In this document: piece after piece, positions 49,725 through 59,182 of the stretch | Numbering within the stretch: the stretch's first letter is position 1 | How the letters are laid out: each line of letters opens with the position of its first letter | NCBI GenBank assembly: GCA_040768745.1 | Contig: JAXGMI010000002.1 | Location: 192,001 to 256,000, forward strand | Reading direction: 5' to 3' | Length of the DNA: 64,000 nucleotides | DNA from: Desulfomicrobium sp. | Lineage (GTDB): Bacteria > Desulfobacterota > Desulfovibrionia > Desulfovibrionales > Desulfomicrobiaceae | Notes under the pieces: generated by a model | What the model was told of the DNA's origin: nothing | Seen by the model: only the letters and a program-made list of their open reading frames with translations | The model's database searches: none | Made by a program: the position numbers and the translations under genes

Positions 49725-51035
49725 CTAGTTGCGTTCAAAATCGCGGGTCACATACTCCTCCTTGACCCAACCCTGAATTTCTGAATCCGGAAGGGAAACA
49801 TAGAGCCATCCCGGAGCAATACCCAACACGTCGAGTATGGTAAATTCCTCCACCTGGGCAATGATCTCTTCGTTTTCATCGGGTCCATAATAGACGTCGA
49901 GCAAGGGGATGACCACCTCGACCTGACCTGGGTAATCTTGAGAAGCAGCGCGCACAGGCTCCACCACTTCGTAGCCCATGGGTACCCGGCGGTAATAGAC
50001 GTCCCCGTAGACATAGTAGGTTACGCCGGCCGATACGAATATCCAGCTACCCAGGGGGATGTTCACCACGACGAGTCCCAGAGGAGGGCGCACCAGGATG
50101 AAACCCGAAGACCAGGGGCGGTAGAACCTGCCCATGTGGTAGTGGTAGTGGGCATGGCCGTGCATAATGACCGCGTGCCGGGGAGGGAGTGTATGGACCA
50201 CGTATTTGAATTCAGGTTGGCGGCCTTGCTCATGACGTCCTCGCTGGTCGATTTGCTGACGGTCATCAGGGGAAGTCCGGTATTTCGCATTGTCCCGGTG
50301 GTCCTGATTGAATCGGTCATCGCCCTGGAGTCGGTCATGGCCATCCCTGTCGCGTGATGGGCTGGGTCTGGCTCCACGGTTCATGGTGTCGCCGTTTGGG
50401 CTTCGAGGGGAATCCTGTCGCATTTCGCGAACGGGTTGTGTCTTTCTTTCTGCAGGGTTGAGTTGCATCATTTCTGCCGGAGGCGTGACAGAAGGGCCGG
50501 ACGAGGGTCTGGAGTCCAGGCGGTCCTGGCGGACCCCTTCCTGTCTGGGTCGGATGTTTCCGGAGCCCTGGCCCCTGTTTTGTTCAGGCTTGGGGGTCGA
50601 TCTCTGCGCAGGATTGAGTTGCATCACTTCTGCCGGAGGCGTGACAGAAGGGCCGGACGAGGGTCTGGAGTCCAGGCGGTCCTGCCGGTTTTCCCCGCGC
50701 TCTTGACGATGTTGACGGGACTCCCCCAACACGGATCGACCCATTTCCGGTCGAGGGGATCTGGATTGCCGTGTTTCAGCCTTTGGCAATCCGGAATAAG
50801 GAGATGAAGATTCTGATTTCTGCTGCGCAAAGGACTCGGGTCCGCGATCAGGGCGACCACCAGGGCGAATCGTCATTGCCCCGCTGTTGGGATCGCTGAT
50901 GCGTTCGATGTGACGGTGTCCTGTTTGTTTTTCTGGAGATGGAGGGGTCTCCTTCCCTCTGAGCTGCCCTGCCTGGACTGACGGGCCAAGCAGGGTAACA
51001 AGCAGTACCATTATGGCGGATCTGAAGATGATCAT
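49725..51035 (-). CDS. Secreted protein: long disordered R/Q/P/S-rich region, Tyr-rich DUF6515-like domain, C-terminal SH3-like domain
   Basis: Signal peptide; YHYHMGRFYRP..VRPPLG..GVTYYVYGDVYYRR..GYEVV; LDVYYGP..GWLYV..GWVKEEYV; AGGAGG RBS before ATG 51035. Confidence 0.75.
   Translation of the reverse strand: MIIFRSAIMVLLVTLLGPSVQAGQLRGKETPPSPEKQTGHRHIERISDPNSGAMTIRPGGRPDRGPESFAQQKSESSSPYSGLPKAETRQSRSPRPEMGRSVLGESRQHRQERGENRQDRLDSRPSSGPSVTPPAEVMQLNPAQRSTPKPEQNRGQGSGNIRPRQEGVRQDRLDSRPSSGPSVTPPAEMMQLNPAERKTQPVREMRQDSPRSPNGDTMNRGARPSPSRDRDGHDRLQGDDRFNQDHRDNAKYRTSPDDRQQIDQRGRHEQGRQPEFKYVVHTLPPRHAVIMHGHAHYHYHMGRFYRPWSSGFILVRPPLGLVVVNIPLGSWIFVSAGVTYYVYGDVYYRRVPMGYEVVEPVRAASQDYPGQVEVVIPLLDVYYGPDENEEIIAQVEEFTILDVLGIAPGWLYVSLPDSEIQGWVKEEYVTRDFERN
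50452..50684. repeat. Intragenic direct repeat, two copies of about 77 bp offset by 156 bp
   Basis: 50452-50528 and 50608-50684 differ at 2 positions; both encode QDRLDSRPSSGPSVTPPAE(V/M)MQLNPA. Confidence 0.9.
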
Positions 51036-51067
51036 GGCATCCTCCTGGATGTGTCCCTTCCGGTGTC

Positions 51068-51083
51068 GCAAAGCCTGTGCCAA
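51068..51083 (-). promoter_or_regulatory. Sigma54 (-24/-12) promoter of the secreted protein gene
   Basis: TTGGCAC-AGGCT-TTGC on the minus strand, exact GG-N10-GC spacing, just downstream of a sigma54 activator gene. Confidence 0.85.
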
Positions 51084-51164
51084 ATGTTGAGCAGCACAAT
51101 GTCCGGTTTCTGCAGGTGCTTGGCCATTTCCGGGGCTGCCTGGACAGTCTTTCTCTGCAGGGCC

Positions 51165-51179
51165 GTGCAGTCTTTGCAC
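51165..51179. promoter_or_regulatory. Putative enhancer (activator binding) palindrome
   Basis: GTGCA-N5-TGCAC about 85-100 bp upstream of the sigma54 promoter. Confidence 0.55.
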
Positions 51180-51191
51180 AGCGGGATCGTA

Positions 51192-52526
51192 TCAATCAAG
51201 GCCGAGGCGTTTGATTTTGTAGATCAGACCTCGACGGGTGATGCCCAGGATCTCGGCCGCCCGGGTCCGATTTCCGCCGGTTTGCTTCAGGGCCGCAACG
51301 ACAGCGTCGTATTCCTGCTGTTCCAAGGTCTTTGAATCAGCTGGAGTTGCCACTGCTGTCTGCATCGGTGGACGGACCTTGATCACACCCTTGCGCACTG
51401 CAGCGGGGAGGTGCTCAGGCAGGATGACGTCGGTTTGGCTCAGGAGGCGTACATGGGACATGGCGTTGGCCAGCTCACGGACATTGCCAGGCCAGTCGTG
51501 GGCCAGCAATGCCTGGATGGCCGCTCTGGACAGGCGCTTATTCTCGGTCTTGGTCTGGTTCAGGAAATGTCTGGCCAGGGGGACAATGTCCTCGGGCCGA
51601 TCCCGCAGGGCAGGGATTTCGATGGTGATGACATTCAGGCGATAGTAAAGGTCCTGGCGGAATCGGCCGGCGGCAACGTCCTCGTCGAGACGGCGATTGG
51701 TGGCTGCAATGAGCCGGCAGTCGATCTCGATCTCATGATCGCCGCCCACCGGGGTGATCCGGCCCGTTTCTGTGGCCCGGAGCAATGAGGCCTGCAATTC
51801 CAGAGGCATGTCTCCTATCTCGTCCAGAAAGAGGGTGCTTTCATGCGCCTCACGGAAGTAGCCTTTACGCTTGGCCACGGCCCCGGTGAAGGCTCCTTTT
51901 TCATGGCCGAAAAGCTCGCTGGACAGCAGCGTTGGGGCGATGGCCGCGCAGTTGACGGCCACAAGGGGCCTGTCACGGCGAGGACTGTGTCTGTGGATGA
52001 ACTGGGCCACAACCTCCTTTCCGCTCCCGCTTTCGCCGATGAGGAGAACCGTTGCCTCGCTGTCAGCCACCCTGTAGGCATCCCGCAATACGGCCCGCAT
52101 GGCTGGGCTTTCGGTGATGATCCCGTGCAGTGCTGCGGGGGGGATCTCGATGGACTCCCCTGGATCAACGCCCAGAGTGTCACGGACCACGGCCAGCAGC
52201 TCATCCAGATCCACGGGTTTGGCCAGATAATCCACGGCGCCGAGTTTCAGCGCATCCACTGCCCCGCGCACGTCGGCATAGGCAGTGACCAGGAGAAAGG
52301 GCAGGGAGGAGTGGTCCCTTCGACTGCGACGCAGCAGGTCCAGTCCGTTCTCGCCGGGCATGCGCACATCGCTGATGACCATGGCCGGTGCTTCCTGGGA
52401 GATCAGCCGCAAAGCTTCTTCCGCGCTTTCAGCCTCGCGCACGGCAAATCCAGCGTCACGAAGGACACGGGCATAGAGCTGTCGATACATGCTTTCGTCG
52501 TCAACGACGATGATGTGGTTACGCAT
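51192..52526 (-). CDS. Sigma54-dependent response regulator (NtrC/ZraR family)
   Basis: VVDDE, SDVRMP, GESGSGKE, ELFGHEKGAFTGA, FLDEIG, WPGNVREL, Fis-type HTH GNRTRAAEILGI. Confidence 0.95.
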   Translation of the reverse strand: MRNHIIVVDDESMYRQLYARVLRDAGFAVREAESAEEALRLISQEAPAMVISDVRMPGENGLDLLRRSRRDHSSLPFLLVTAYADVRGAVDALKLGAVDYLAKPVDLDELLAVVRDTLGVDPGESIEIPPAALHGIITESPAMRAVLRDAYRVADSEATVLLIGESGSGKEVVAQFIHRHSPRRDRPLVAVNCAAIAPTLLSSELFGHEKGAFTGAVAKRKGYFREAHESTLFLDEIGDMPLELQASLLRATETGRITPVGGDHEIEIDCRLIAATNRRLDEDVAAGRFRQDLYYRLNVITIEIPALRDRPEDIVPLARHFLNQTKTENKRLSRAAIQALLAHDWPGNVRELANAMSHVRLLSQTDVILPEHLPAAVRKGVIKVRPPMQTAVATPADSKTLEQQEYDAVVAALKQTGGNRTRAAEILGITRRGLIYKIKRLGLD

Positions 52527-53823
52527 GTTCCTCCTCGGCGGGTTTTATGCCGGAAATGGTCATGATGGTTCCCTGGCCTGGCGTTGAGGACGCATTAATC
52601 CGCCACCCATGCGCATCAACCATGCGCTTGACTATGGCCAGGCCCAGGCCGTGTCCTGCGGCAGTGCCCGATGTGTAGGGTTTGAAGATGTTGGGCAAAA
52701 GTTCGGGGGAAATGCCGCAGCCCTTATCTTCAACCATAAGTTGAAGTTTTCGGCGGTGCCGATTGGTCCTGACGAATACCGTCGTGCCGGGGTTTGAGGC
52801 GCGCAGGCTGTTCAGGAGCAAGTTGACCAGGATCTGGCGAACCATGGTTCCGTCAGCCAGAATTCGAACCGGGTGTACGGCAACCTGGACATAGACTCCC
52901 CCTGAATCGAATTCGGGTTTCAGGGCCTGGACTACCTCGGAGCAAAGTCCGAAAAGATCCACGGGAGCCAGGTTGGCCGTCCGTTGGCGGGCGAAATTCA
53001 TGAAGCTGCCCAGGCGTGACGTGGTCTTGTCGACCTCGTCTATGATCTGCTCCAGCATGGCCCGGCTATCAGGGGGGATGTTGGGGCGGGATGCAATCTG
53101 TTGGGCCATGCCCATGATGATGCCCAGGGGGTTTTTGGTTTCATGGGCCAGACCAGCCGCTGCCAGAGCCAGTTCTTCCAGGTGGGCGCTGCGGATGCGT
53201 TCGGCCGCAAGTTGTGAGACCACGGATCTGCGGCGGAGGCTGGCGACCCACACGGCAGAGAAGGCCAGGATGCAGACCAGGGCGGACAGGAAGATGGGTC
53301 CCTCGCGCCTCCAGAACCATGAGGAGGCAAAGGGTTCCGACGGAGGCCGAAAGCCGAGGTACATGACCGGGGTGCCTGACGGCCACAGCCCCAGGTGGGG
53401 GATGTTCAAAGCCTCGGACCATGAGATGGGGATCTCCATGGGTCGCAGTGGGGCCCAGAAGACGTACATGGTTTCTTCCAGGCGTTCCCCCTGGGTGCTG
53501 TTGGACATCAGGAAATCAGGGGCAGTCCCGGTCTGGGCAAGGCGTCCATGGCGATCCTGAATGACTAGGAAAAGAATGCGCGAATTGCGGGTTATGCTTC
53601 CGAGCACGTTTTCGACCTGTTGCCAGTCGGTCAATTCGCCATTGGCCAGGGAGGCGACAACAGCATTCATCGTGTCAAAACTGTCCTGGGCCCGTTGCCT
53701 TCGCCATTCCAGAGACCGTTCACTGTAGCCCTGCCAGGACCAGAAAACCCACAATCCCAGTGCCAGGATCATGCCCGCAATGGTCAGGATCGGAGTGCGG
53801 AAGGTGTGTTGGTCGTGATTCAT
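52519..53823 (-). CDS. Membrane sensor histidine kinase (ZraS-like)
   Basis: Two TMs; AGLAHETKNPL, QILVNLLLNS, DKGCG, GHGLGL; overlaps the regulator start. Confidence 0.92.
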   Translation of the reverse strand: MNHDQHTFRTPILTIAGMILALGLWVFWSWQGYSERSLEWRRQRAQDSFDTMNAVVASLANGELTDWQQVENVLGSITRNSRILFLVIQDRHGRLAQTGTAPDFLMSNSTQGERLEETMYVFWAPLRPMEIPISWSEALNIPHLGLWPSGTPVMYLGFRPPSEPFASSWFWRREGPIFLSALVCILAFSAVWVASLRRRSVVSQLAAERIRSAHLEELALAAAGLAHETKNPLGIIMGMAQQIASRPNIPPDSRAMLEQIIDEVDKTTSRLGSFMNFARQRTANLAPVDLFGLCSEVVQALKPEFDSGGVYVQVAVHPVRILADGTMVRQILVNLLLNSLRASNPGTTVFVRTNRHRRKLQLMVEDKGCGISPELLPNIFKPYTSGTAAGHGLGLAIVKRMVDAHGWRINASSTPGQGTIMTISGIKPAEEEHA

Positions 53824-53861
53824 GCTCCCTCCTTGCCAGAGAGCGTTTAGCAAAGAGCGTG

Positions 53862-54674
53862 CTAGGCATGCATTGGTCGCGATGTGTTCAGGAGCATCCT
53901 GTCGGAAATATCCCCTTCGCCCTGGGTGTGAAATTTGTGCAGCAGGGCTTCCACAGTCAGGCTCGATTTTTCGTCCGCCCGTGCATCCAGGATGATTCGT
54001 CCCTGGTGCATCATGATCAGCCGGTTGCCGAGGTTGAGGGCCTGATGCATGTTGTGGGTGACCATCAAGGTGGTCAGTCCGTTGTCTGTGACGATGGTTC
54101 TGGTCAGCTCCAGCATCTGCGCCGCTGTTTTGGGGTCCAGGGCCGCGGTGTGTTCGTCCAGGAGGAGAAGATCCGGCCGCACCAGGGTGGCCATAACCAT
54201 GGTCAGGGCCTGGCGCTGTCCCCCCGACAACAGACCAACCCTGTCCCTGAGACGGCTTTCGAGCCCCAGGCCCAGGACCTGCAGTCGCCGTCTGAACAGA
54301 TCGAGATCCGTGACCTTGACTCCGCGACCCAACCCCCGGGGCTTTCCGCGTTTCAAGGCCAGGGCCATGTTCTGGGCAATGGTTCCATTGGCGCAGGTGC
54401 CCTTGAGGGGATCCTGGAAGACGCGGCCGATGAGGCGCGCCCGTTTGTATTCGGGCCAGTGGGTCACGTCGGTGCCGTGTACGCCGATGGTTCCGGAGTT
54501 CACGGCATGGGTCCCTGCCAGACAGGACAGAAACGTGGATTTGCCGGCCCCGTTGGATCCGATGATGGTGATGAAGTCGCCCTGTTCGATGTCGATGGAC
54601 AGGTCGCGGATACCGTGCACTTCATTCACGCTGCCGCGATGAAAGTATTTGTTGATGTTCTGGACGCAGATCAC
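53862..54674 (-). CDS. ABC transporter ATP-binding protein (putative aromatic amino acid transporter family)
   Basis: GSNGAGKST, RVFQDP, LSGGQRQAL, LLDEHTAALDP, VTHN; GTG 54674 overlaps the permease stop. Confidence 0.9.
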   Translation of the reverse strand: MICVQNINKYFHRGSVNEVHGIRDLSIDIEQGDFITIIGSNGAGKSTFLSCLAGTHAVNSGTIGVHGTDVTHWPEYKRARLIGRVFQDPLKGTCANGTIAQNMALALKRGKPRGLGRGVKVTDLDLFRRRLQVLGLGLESRLRDRVGLLSGGQRQALTMVMATLVRPDLLLLDEHTAALDPKTAAQMLELTRTIVTDNGLTTLMVTHNMHQALNLGNRLIMMHQGRIILDARADEKSSLTVEALLHKFHTQGEGDISDRMLLNTSRPMHA

Positions 54675-55555
54675 CGGGCGAGTCTCCGTTTGAGCATGGG
54701 CGAGGTCAGGGCCAGGATGACCAGGAAGGCGGTGATGAGATTGAGATCGCTCGGGGTCAGTGCAAAATCTCCAAGTTTGAAACTGAGGGCCAGGGCGATG
54801 GCAATGCGATAGACCAGTGACCCGGCAAGGACGGCAGCGCAGGTCCGGGCGATGGTCGGCGCACCACAGATCGTCTCGCCCAGGATGACCGAAGCCAGCC
54901 CGGCGACGATGGTGCCCACGCCCATGTTCACGTCGGCCGCGCCCTGGTTCTGAGCGATGAGTGCCCCGCTGCAAGCCACCAGGGCGTTGGACAGCCCAAC
55001 CCCGATGATGATGACGTTGTCCGTGTTCACTCCCAAGGCCGTGATCATGTGCCGGTTGTCGCCCGTGGCCAGCATGGCCTGGCCGAACTCGGTATGCAGA
55101 AACCAGATCAGGACAGCCATGACCGAGGTTGCCACCACGAAAAAGCACAGCGGGCTCAAGACGTGGAGGGGCAGTCCCGTTTTCTCCAGATCGGTCAGGA
55201 TCGACGGCGCGCCGAGCAGGGCCACGTTGGGACCGTCCATGATGCGGATGTTGATGGAGTAGAGGGATATCATGGTCAGGATCGAAGCAAGGAGATGCAG
55301 GATCTTGAGCTTGGTGTTGAGGATGGCGGTGGCGGCTCCAGCCAGGAATCCCGCTAGCGTGGCCAAGGTCAGTGCCAGGTAGGGGCTGTGGCCAGACGTC
55401 ACGGTCACGGCGCAGACTGACGCGCCCAGGGGCAGGCTGCCGTCCACGGTCAGGTCAGGAAAATCGAGGATGCGGAAGGTCAGGTAGACCCCCAGTGCCA
55501 TGATGCCGTAAAGAAACCCCTGTTCCAGGGCTCCGAGAAACGCGTACAGGGTCAT
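54671..55555 (-). CDS. ABC transporter permease (putative aromatic amino acid transporter family)
   Basis: GVYLTFRILDFPDLTVDGS, LYSINIRIM, ATGDN, GLSNALVA..GAL, GLASVILGE. Confidence 0.88.
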   Translation of the reverse strand: MTLYAFLGALEQGFLYGIMALGVYLTFRILDFPDLTVDGSLPLGASVCAVTVTSGHSPYLALTLATLAGFLAGAATAILNTKLKILHLLASILTMISLYSINIRIMDGPNVALLGAPSILTDLEKTGLPLHVLSPLCFFVVATSVMAVLIWFLHTEFGQAMLATGDNRHMITALGVNTDNVIIIGVGLSNALVACSGALIAQNQGAADVNMGVGTIVAGLASVILGETICGAPTIARTCAAVLAGSLVYRIAIALALSFKLGDFALTPSDLNLITAFLVILALTSPMLKRRLAR

Positions 55556-55972
55556 AGGTGTACCGGTGGTGAGGGTGGACAAAGGGGGAGTGCATGCATT
55601 TTACGGAATGCCGTGTCTGGTTTCTTTTCCAGCATGGCCAGGTTCGTTCGCTTCATGCCCACGCGGCGGCTACCCGTCAACTCCTCCCTGAAATGGCCAG
55701 AGGCAGGGTCAGGATCCGGTCTGCGGTTGGTTGATGGACTCCACCAATATTGTGCGGAACCTCAGGGAGGTGCGGACCAAGTTGCCGCTTTCAGTTTGGC
55801 CGGTCTTTTGACATAGTGATTGACCAGTGTTTCCGCTGCGATGATGCGACTGTTCACGTTTGTCTTTGCGTCGTGTGGCTGAAAAGGTTGTTTTCCTTTT
55901 GAGCGTGGGGCAGAGAGCGGGGAGAGGAATCCTTGATGCGCTCCACATTACCCCCGGAAAAGTGACGAATAC

Positions 55973-57097
55973 ATGCAAATCTATCTGGTAGGAGGGGCGG
56001 TGCGTGACATGGTTCGCGGGAGGATGGAGCCCGCGGATCTCGATTATGTGGTGCTGGGTGGGACCGAGGATGATTTGCGCCGTAACGTGCCTGGACTGAT
56101 TCGGGTCGGGAGGGACATCCCAGTATTTTTGAAGGGTGCCACGCAATACACATTTTCGACATTCACGAGCATCGAGGATGACCTGGCCTCCCGGGACCTG
56201 ACCATAAACGCCCTGGCCCAGGACAAGTCCGGAGTCGTCATCGCTCATCCACTGGCTTTGGCCGATTTGCGGGACAAGATTCTGCGGCCCGTGTCTGCGG
56301 ATAACTTTTTGGCCGATCCATTGCGGGTTATCCGCGCCGCCCGTTTCGCAGCAGTGCTTTCCGATTTTTCGGTTCATGCCGAGCTGTTGGCCGCCATGCG
56401 TTCTGTTTCTGCACAGGGCCTGGGTTCGGTGGCTGCCGAGCGGGTTGGCCAGGAATCGCTCAAGGCCTGCGAAGGACACAAGCCGGGAAATTTTCTACGC
56501 ATCTTGCACGCTGGAGATGCCCTTGATCCATGGTTGGCGGAATTTGCCGCAGCGGACGCCATTCCTGCCGGCCCCTCATCCCACCATGACACGAGCGTAT
56601 TGGAACACACGGCCCAGGTCATGGATGGTTGCGCAGGCCAACCCATGGCGGTGTGGATGGCGCTGTGCCATGACCTGGGAAAAACAGTGACCCCTGTTAC
56701 GGCCTTGCCCCGGCATATCGGACATGAAAAAGAGGGAGAGCCTCTGGCCGCGAACCTGGCCTTCCGTCTGCGCCTCCCGAAACGTCATTTGGTGGCCGGA
56801 CGTTTGGCCGTGCGCTGGCACATGGCCGGAGGATTGTATGCGAATTTGAGGCCTTCAACAAAGGTCCGCTTGCTCCTGGCCCTGGACAGGGCAGGGGTGG
56901 TCGACCAGTTTTTTCAGATGGTGGCGGCGGATCAGGGCGGAAACCATACCGCTGCGGCCCGGAAGGATCTGCTGCTGATCAAATCTGTCAGGCTGCCAGA
57001 CAAGCACCGCGGGTTGGGGCCGAGAAGCGCGGAGATTCTGCTGCAATTGCGTTGCGAGGCTCTGGCCGACCTGAGCGGACAGGATCTCGTACGCTGA
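55973..57097 (+). CDS. Class II tRNA nucleotidyltransferase with HD domain; flexible loop missing (probable CC-adding enzyme)
   Basis: YLVGGAVRD, DLD, VGRDIPVF, DL..RDLTINA, DPLRVIRAARF, ERV, HDLGK. Confidence 0.85.
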   Translation: MQIYLVGGAVRDMVRGRMEPADLDYVVLGGTEDDLRRNVPGLIRVGRDIPVFLKGATQYTFSTFTSIEDDLASRDLTINALAQDKSGVVIAHPLALADLRDKILRPVSADNFLADPLRVIRAARFAAVLSDFSVHAELLAAMRSVSAQGLGSVAAERVGQESLKACEGHKPGNFLRILHAGDALDPWLAEFAAADAIPAGPSSHHDTSVLEHTAQVMDGCAGQPMAVWMALCHDLGKTVTPVTALPRHIGHEKEGEPLAANLAFRLRLPKRHLVAGRLAVRWHMAGGLYANLRPSTKVRLLLALDRAGVVDQFFQMVAADQGGNHTAAARKDLLLIKSVRLPDKHRGLGPRSAEILLQLRCEALADLSGQDLVR

Positions 57098-57184
57098 CTT
57101 CGGTGGCGGTGTCGCACGAGGCGTTGCGGGGGACCCCGGACCTCCGAACCGACAGGGACTGATACTCTTCAAGGATGGGGTGCA

Positions 57185-57949
57185 ATGCAGGAAGCGACTG
57201 CTCTGGCCAGACAAATGATGTCCCTGCTGGATCTGACCTCGTTGTCCGGGAGGGAGACATCGGAGGATGTTCGCCATCTGTGCGGAAGGGCTTGCAGCCC
57301 ATGCGGCCGGGTGGCAGCCGTCTGCCTGTTTCCCCGCTTCCTCCGGGAGGCGCGCACGGCCCTGGACCGTTGGGGAATTCGTGGCGTCAGACTGGCCACG
57401 GTGGCCAATTTTCCGGCAGGAGAGGAGGACTCTGCCCGGGCTGTGGCCGAGATTGAGCTCTGCCTGTCTAACGCGGCCGACGAGGTGGACCTGGTCATGC
57501 CGTACGGGGCGCTTCTGCGGGGAGATTCAGGGTTCGTGCGTCAGTTTCTACGGACCTGCAGAAAGGCCTGCCCGGTCCTGCTCAAGGTTATTTTGGAGTC
57601 TGGCAGGCTGGGCTCACCGGACCTGATCAGGACTGCGAGTCGGTTGGCCATCGAGTGCGGTGCAGACTTCCTGAAAACGTCCACGGGCAGGACCCCGGTG
57701 CATGCAACGCCCGAGGCGGCCAGGATCATGCTGGAGGCCATCGCCGAGTCCGGCCTTCCTGTCGGATTCAAGGCTTCCGGCGGCCTGCGGACCATGGCCG
57801 ATGCCCAGGTCTATCTCGATCTTGCCGCGGAAATCATGGGGCCAGACTGGATCGGTCCGGGCAGGTTCCGTTTCGGGGCAAGCCAGCTGTTGGATGAACT
57901 TCTGAGGGTGGCCGCTCAGGAAGGGGAGCCATGCGTCGGGTCTGCCTGA
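57185..57949 (+). CDS. deoC: Deoxyribose-phosphate aldolase
   Basis: LDLTSL, ATVANFP, ADEVDLV, LKVILESG, ADFLKTSTG, GFKASGG, RFGAS. Confidence 0.93.
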   Translation: MQEATALARQMMSLLDLTSLSGRETSEDVRHLCGRACSPCGRVAAVCLFPRFLREARTALDRWGIRGVRLATVANFPAGEEDSARAVAEIELCLSNAADEVDLVMPYGALLRGDSGFVRQFLRTCRKACPVLLKVILESGRLGSPDLIRTASRLAIECGADFLKTSTGRTPVHATPEAARIMLEAIAESGLPVGFKASGGLRTMADAQVYLDLAAEIMGPDWIGPGRFRFGASQLLDELLRVAAQEGEPCVGSA

Positions 57950-59148
57950 TCGTCCTGGACTCCCTGGGTGTGGGGGGCGCCCCTGACGCGGCTCGGTTCG
58001 GTGACCAGGGGGCAGACACCCTCGGCCACATCGCCGAGTCCTGCGCCCGGGGTCTGGCCGATGCAGGCCGCGTTGGTCCCCTGGTTCTCCCGACGTTTTC
58101 AGCCCTGGGCCTCGGCCTGGCTGCGGCCCTGTCCACCGGTGTCGTGCCCTGGGGTCTGCAGCCAAGCGGTCCGCTCAGGGCCCGATACGGCTGCGCGACG
58201 CAGATCAGCAAAGGCAAGGACACGACGAGCGGACATTTTGAGATGGCCGGTGTACCGTTGACGTCCGACTGGGGCTATTTCGAATCCCAGACCGCATCCA
58301 TTCCGGAGCCGTTGCTGGATGCGCTGACAGAGAAAGCGGGACTTCCAGGGGTGCTCGGGAACTGCAAAGCGTCGGGCACGGATATTCTGATGCAGCTGGG
58401 GGAGGAACATCTTCGTACCGGCCGGCCCATTGTTTACACCTCCGCGGATTCAGTGCTGCAGATTGCTGCCCACGAAGAGCATTTCGGATTGGAACGTTTG
58501 CTTGCGGTCTGCCGCATTGCCAGGAAGCTGGTTGACCCGTACCGCATCGCGCGGGTCATAGCCCGTCCCTTCACGGGAAAGGATGCCGCATCGTTCGTGC
58601 GCACATCCAACAGACGGGATTTTTCCATGCCACCGCCAGTGCCGACCCTGCTCGACCATGTCTGCAGGGCAGGAGGAACTGTCGTGGCAGTGGGCAAGGT
58701 GGCCGATATTTTCGCGTCTCAGGGTGTCACACACGTCTTGCACACATCGGGCCAGGATCAGCTTCTGGACGTCACCCTGCAAGCCTGGGAGAAAGCTGAA
58801 GACAGGTCCTTGGTTCTGACCAATTTTGTTGATTTTGACACCGTCTACGGCCATCGTCGGGACGTGGCCGGGTATGCCCGGGCACTGGAGGCTTTTGATC
58901 TCCGCCTGCCTGAACTGCTGGGGCGGATGCGTGAGGGGGATCTGTGCGTCCTGACCGCGGATCACGGCTGCGATCCGACCTGGGCCGGCACGGACCATAC
59001 CCGGGAAAGGGTCCCGATCCTGGCCTTTGGCCCCTCCATCCGGCCCGGCTCCATGGGGGTGCGGGACAGCCTGGCCGATATCGGCGCGACTGTGGCCAGA
59101 TTTCTGGGTGTAAAGGAAACGGGATACGGCCAACCCTTTCTCGAGTGA
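57931..59148 (+). CDS. deoB: Phosphopentomutase
   Basis: VLDSLGVG..PDA, GKDTTSGH, YTSADSV.QIAAHE, RVIARPF, NFVDFD..YGHRRD, TADHGCDP, DHTRE. Confidence 0.95.
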   Translation: MRRVCLIVLDSLGVGGAPDAARFGDQGADTLGHIAESCARGLADAGRVGPLVLPTFSALGLGLAAALSTGVVPWGLQPSGPLRARYGCATQISKGKDTTSGHFEMAGVPLTSDWGYFESQTASIPEPLLDALTEKAGLPGVLGNCKASGTDILMQLGEEHLRTGRPIVYTSADSVLQIAAHEEHFGLERLLAVCRIARKLVDPYRIARVIARPFTGKDAASFVRTSNRRDFSMPPPVPTLLDHVCRAGGTVVAVGKVADIFASQGVTHVLHTSGQDQLLDVTLQAWEKAEDRSLVLTNFVDFDTVYGHRRDVAGYARALEAFDLRLPELLGRMREGDLCVLTADHGCDPTWAGTDHTRERVPILAFGPSIRPGSMGVRDSLADIGATVARFLGVKETGYGQPFLE

Positions 59149-59182
59149 TGACGAATGTGCAATTTTTTTCGAGGATAAAAAT

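Noticed and set aside
50452..50684. Direct repeat as CRISPR or mobile-element end
   Set aside because: Only two copies, in frame inside a coding region, and no cas or transposase gene nearby
57185..59148. deoCB without deoA/deoD as a novel pathway
   Set aside because: Partial deo clusters are common and the phosphorylases may lie elsewhere
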